Shown here: positions 47,701 through 51,821 of the stretch, one piece after another
Layout of the letters: the number at the start of each line of letters is the position of its first letter
Numbering within the stretch: position 1 is the first letter of the stretch
Assembly: GCF_018977255.1 (NCBI RefSeq)
Contig: NW_024704789.1
Coordinates: forward strand, 384,180 to 436,000
Origin: Callorhinchus milii
Lineage: Eukaryota
DNA length: 51,821 nt
Reading direction: 5' to 3'
Notes under the pieces: model-generated
The model's database searches: none
Told to the model about the DNA's origin: nothing
The model's input: the letters and a program-made list of their open reading frames with translations, nothing else
Position numbers and translations under genes: made by a program

Positions 47701-49276
47701 AAGAAACCCCTCTCTTACCTCCCTCCCCCCAGCCCCACCGGAGTCCAGAATAAAAACTTGATGTATGCATAAAACAGAAGAGATTAGAGGCATACAGTAG
47801 GGTAGAGGCTTGTACAGCATATACTGACACCATTAGTTGGGCCGAACGGCCAGTTTCCGTGCCGTAACACTGTTCCGTTTCTCAGTGCCAACTTCCTTCC
47901 ACTTTGCTGTGCACAAAATTCCCAAGAGAAGAAGAGTTTTGAAAACCCAACATTAATAGTGGTTTGCCTTCAATCCACTGTTGCGTTAGGTAACGCCACT
48001 TCCCTTCACATTTATTCTTCGTGGATTAAATTTCTAATGGCGTCAAATCAGTATCTGGTGATGCGATGTTAATCTTCCTGCTTTTGTTAACCCATCAGGC
48101 TATTTTATTAGTACTGTTACTTATACAAGGTGACTCATTTAATCACAAAACTCATACCGGATCACATCAACAAAACACATCACAAGGTGTAAAAAGGGGA
48201 AAGCAAAGAGTGAGAAAAAAAACATAAAATCATTTAAAATAGACTGCAAAAGGTAGTGTCACAAATTAACATGCCACACACACTTGACTGCACTTGTACA
48301 CATGCCGTAAAAATGATTTAAACGTTTTCTTAAATCTTTTGGAGTTAATTTCATATTGGTTGAAATTGAATCCTGTGACTGAAGAGCAAAGGACGGTACA
48401 GATTTATCGGAATGTGGTTAAACAGGAAGGAGTTCTGCAAATAATGATGCGTGTGTGTGTGTGTGTGTGTGAACATGATGCCAATAAACAGGGTAGCCTA
48501 GTGGACAAATGACATTCCCACATCCAAACTGAAGTCTCAACCTTAATTAAAGTCAATGCCTGAAAATTTAAGATTGTGCAGATTCACAAAAGCCAGTGTA
48601 AACCACTTCAAAGTACAGGGTATATCCTGTGAAGCGCTTTGAGACGTGTCAACAATATGATAAGGCGCTATATCAAATGCAAGGATTATTATTAATATAT
48701 TTAAAATTTTCTCAAGTTAGTAATTTATTCTCTTCTTAAGACAAAATCAACTTCTAAATTAAATCTGAATTTAAGAATTTTCCAAAATTCTGCACCAATC
48801 TTAAAAATACAGACGGTAATAAGGCCAAGGCTATGAGGAAATTTGAGCTTCTCAATCGGAAAATAAAATAAAAATGTTTTAAAACGGTGCAGGCCTGCCT
48901 CCGTGGCTCGCTTGGTAAGAGTGACGCTAAGTGATGCTTGAAGACTTTCCTCTTTGACTGTGCCTCCCCCCTTGCCCCATACTATGACTCAATCTACGAC
49001 TGTTTGTGGGATGCTGCTACTCGTAATTCGCTGCCACGTTTCGCTCATCAATCCATTTTAAAATATATTCTGTGAGGCGCTTTGAAACGTCTCAATGACG
49101 TGATGCACAGATTATTATTAAGTGCTCTGAGACTCTACCTCACATGCAGAGCACTATATACTCAAGAGCACACAGCATTGTCTATGTTATTCTGTGATGC
49201 AAATCAGGAGATTCTTGTTTTGATCCCTCATGTGTCCTGAGTCAAGGAACTCAGGACAGATGAGGCATCCAAACTA

Positions 49277-49386
49277 CAGGGTGACCAAAAAATCGTGATA
49301 CCATTTACAATGTCCAAAAAGTCTTAGAAGAAATTATGATTTTTTTTAGATAATAGGGTAGTTATCACGACTTTTTGGTCACCCTG
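49277..49386. mobile_element. Tiny Tc1/mariner-type MITE (110 bp)
   Basis: TA|CAGGGTGACCAAAAAATCGTGATA ... TATCACGACTTTTTGGTCACCCTG|TT: 24-bp TIRs with one mismatch. Confidence 0.85.
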
Positions 49387-49506
49387 TTTGCATGACCTAG
49401 TTTGCATGACCTTTAGATTACCCTGTTTGTTGGCATCACGTTTGCACTGCACACGTTATCATTGTTTGCAGAACTCCTTCCTGCTTAACCACATTCAGAT
49501 AAATCT

Positions 49507-50092
49507 GTGCAGGGACACAAGGTCAGGTATAACACCCCTAACTGTGATGTTAATCTTCTTGCTTTTGTTAACTCTTTGGGTATTTTAATAATATGCAAAA
49601 ACACAAGTATTTTAACTTGCATTTATATAGCGCCCTTCGTGCAGGGTACCGTCCCAGAGAGCTTGACAGTGGTGGAGTCTGATAACGAGTTGGGGGAGAG
49701 GGAGTGGGGAGATGACCATAAGCACAATCAAAAAGGTCTTTAGGCAGTATTTGAAGGTGGACAGGGAGTGGGCAAGGCGAGGGATTGAGGAACAGAGTTC
49801 CAGAGTTTCAGGGGTAGTGACTGAGGCACGGCCATTGATGGTGGAGCGGAGGGGACGAGGGACAAACAGGAGGCTGGAGCCAGTCGAGCAGAAGCAGCAG
49901 GTAGTGGAGTGGGGAGTAAGCAGGTCAGAGAGGTAGGGAGGTTCAAGGGCATGAATGGATTTGAAAACGAGTGAGCAAATCTTTAAATCTTGAATTAGTA
50001 GTTATTTATACAAAGTGAATCATTTAATCACAAAGCTCATACCAGGCAGGGCAGCAGTGAGGGGTGTTATATCTGACCTCGTGCCTTTGGAC
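49507..50092. mobile_element. MITE-like element split by an antisense L2 3' fragment (about 49612-49990)
   Basis: GGGACACAAGGTCAGGTATAACACCCCT (49512) is inverted relative to AGGGGTGTTATATCTGACCTCGTGCC (50060). The internal core occurs uninterrupted at 48060-48158. Confidence 0.7.
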
Positions 50093-50309
50093 TAGGGATA
50101 GCGGGACAACAAATTGAGCCTGGCAGAGGGTGTGTGTGGACGTTGTGTGAACAGGTGCTGGGTGTTTTGTGACTGTTAACATTCACTACCACCATCTGGC
50201 CTCAGGGATGAAGAATTGGAGATTTTGCAATGGCTGCCCAAACAGGAAACCGTGGCTGTCACCAGCACCATGGAACTGCCCCCCAGCATGAGACATCTGG
50301 GGCCAGGAG

Positions 50310-50530
50310 CAACGGCAACCTGTGTTTATACAGCATCCTTCATGCATGATAGCGTCTTGAAGAGCTGTACGGGAGCACGGTTAGATGCTGCCACTGTAGG
50401 GGGAAGGGGAGGTGACAACAAACGCAGTCGAAGAGGTAGGTCTTAAGGTGGGATTTAAAGATAGATGAGAAGAGCCGAAGCAGAGGGATTAAGGCAGGGA
50501 ATTCCACAGATTGGGGATGTAGTGGCTGAA
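50310..50530 (-). mobile_element. L2 3' fragment
   Basis: Reverse translation FKSHLKTYLFD; TGTGGAATTCCCTGCC. Confidence 0.7.
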
Positions 50531-51579
50531 ACCACAGCCCCCAGAGGTGCTGGAGGATATATATTACCCTAACAGGGAGAAAATTAAAGTATGATCTGCC
50601 CCCACGAAGAGGAAATACTGGAATAGAGCTCACTTGAGCACTTGGTTACTAGGCTCAGGGTGGGCTTGTTCTGTCCGAGAGGCAATCCGGGCACCTGACT
50701 TGCTCGGGGGGTCGTGAAGACAGGTATCAAGTCCGCATTGTATTTAGACAATTTGGGGCCTAGCGAGTTTGGGATGAGGGTGGGGGGGGGGTTGTCTACA
50801 AGGTCAGCCCTCGTTGCCTTGAGGAACACATTTCAGTCTAATTCGCTTAAAGGGGGTAAGTGGGGCATAACTTCACTTAGCAAATTAAAAAAAAGGGAGA
50901 AAATTAAAACTGAATGGACGAGTACCAAAAAAAAAGCCTTGGAGCCAAGGTCCTCATAAGTCGGCGTGATGGATTTGGGGTGGGTGTCCTTGGAAGAAAG
51001 GCACCTTATGTCCCGAGCTCCTCTTTAAGAGCAAGTTGCCATTTTGCCTGTGTCTTGCTGACGAGTGCTCCATCCGTGTTTTTTTTTAAATAACTTAAGA
51101 GTGTCCAATTATGTTTTTCTAATATTTCTCCCCATGGATACACACCTCTGCCCTCCTGGTATAGCTCTTGTTGAGTTGTGTCTGAGACAAGAACCAGCAA
51201 ATTGGTCCTTAAGCCACAGCTCTATCCACTACACTATTAGGGTGGGCTGAGCAGTTTTTCATCCAGTGTTATTTGTCAGGTCACCTGTGTCCTACGATTT
51301 TACACAACTCCCGAAAGGAAAATCAATGGCAAATGTCAGAGAAACCAAAGCACGAAGAGTTCAACACACCATGATATTAGCGCCACCTTCTGTTATTTCC
51401 ACTAAAATCATTTACAAGGTCAGCCGAACAGTTTACCACTACTTGCTGCAGTGGCACGAAAAAGAGTTCAATATTACCTGCCTGGCAACTAACCCAAGCG
51501 AACTGCTAAACGAACAAATAAAAAGCCAAATACACTATCAGCAATCGGTCTATGTCTTATCACTTAACCCACACCACTG

Positions 51580-51740
51580 ATTGGCCAATTCACTCAATCC
51601 ATGACTGCTTGTGGGACACTGCTGTGCGAAATTGGCTGCCGTGTGTCACCCACAAAATATAGTTTACAGTATATTCTGTGAAGCGCATTGAGACGTCCCA
51701 AAGACGTGATAAGGCGCTATATCTAATGCAAGGATTGCTT
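51580..51740 (+). mobile_element. SINE 3' half (further tail-only fragments at about 2700-2853, 5250-5366, 10545-10655, 29800-29915, 31430-31596, 36427-36560, 45680-45765, 47333-47425, 48620-48695, 48995-49120)
   Basis: GTGGGACACTGCTGTGCG..ATTGGCTGCCG...TATATTCTGTGAAGCGC.TTGAGACGTC...GCGCTATATC.AATGCAAGGATT. Confidence 0.9.
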
Positions 51741-51821
51741 TAATGTTTCTCGTGCTTTATCGTTTTTGTTTCATATTTCCAACATTCTCATTCTCAGTTT
51801 TTGTCTTTTATCTCCACCTTG

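Noticed and set aside
44951-51821. DMRT1 exon 3 and DM-domain exons
   Set aside because: No DMRT1-like translation found; they presumably lie beyond the right edge of the window.

Overview
Eukaryotic vertebrate genomic DNA. The SINE/LINE complement suggests a cartilaginous fish, probably a holocephalan such as Callorhinchus (inference). The window covers part of the conserved DMRT1-DMRT3(-DMRT2) cluster, with both genes on the minus strand. It holds DMRT3 coding exon 1 with the DM domain (ATG at 410, running off the left edge and missed by the ORF track). It also holds the last two coding exons of DMRT1 (44539-44710 and 18171/18114-18262), separated by a 26.3 kb intron. The rest is non-coding: many tRNA-derived SINEs, L2/CR1 LINE debris, several MITEs, microsatellites, a 140-N gap and repeat-free blocks that look like conserved enhancers. 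Most notable: (1) an in-frame TAG in the DMRT1 last exon, with the ancestral C-terminal tail still intact behind it; (2) a 1.07 kb strand-skewed (GAGCT)n minisatellite resembling an immunoglobulin switch region just upstream of DMRT3; (3) clusters of DM-domain binding motifs; (4) inverted repeats flanking DMRT1 exon 4. No prokaryotic-type system (CRISPR etc.) is present. Repeat family names and orthologue comparisons come from memory, not from searches, and repeat boundaries are approximate.
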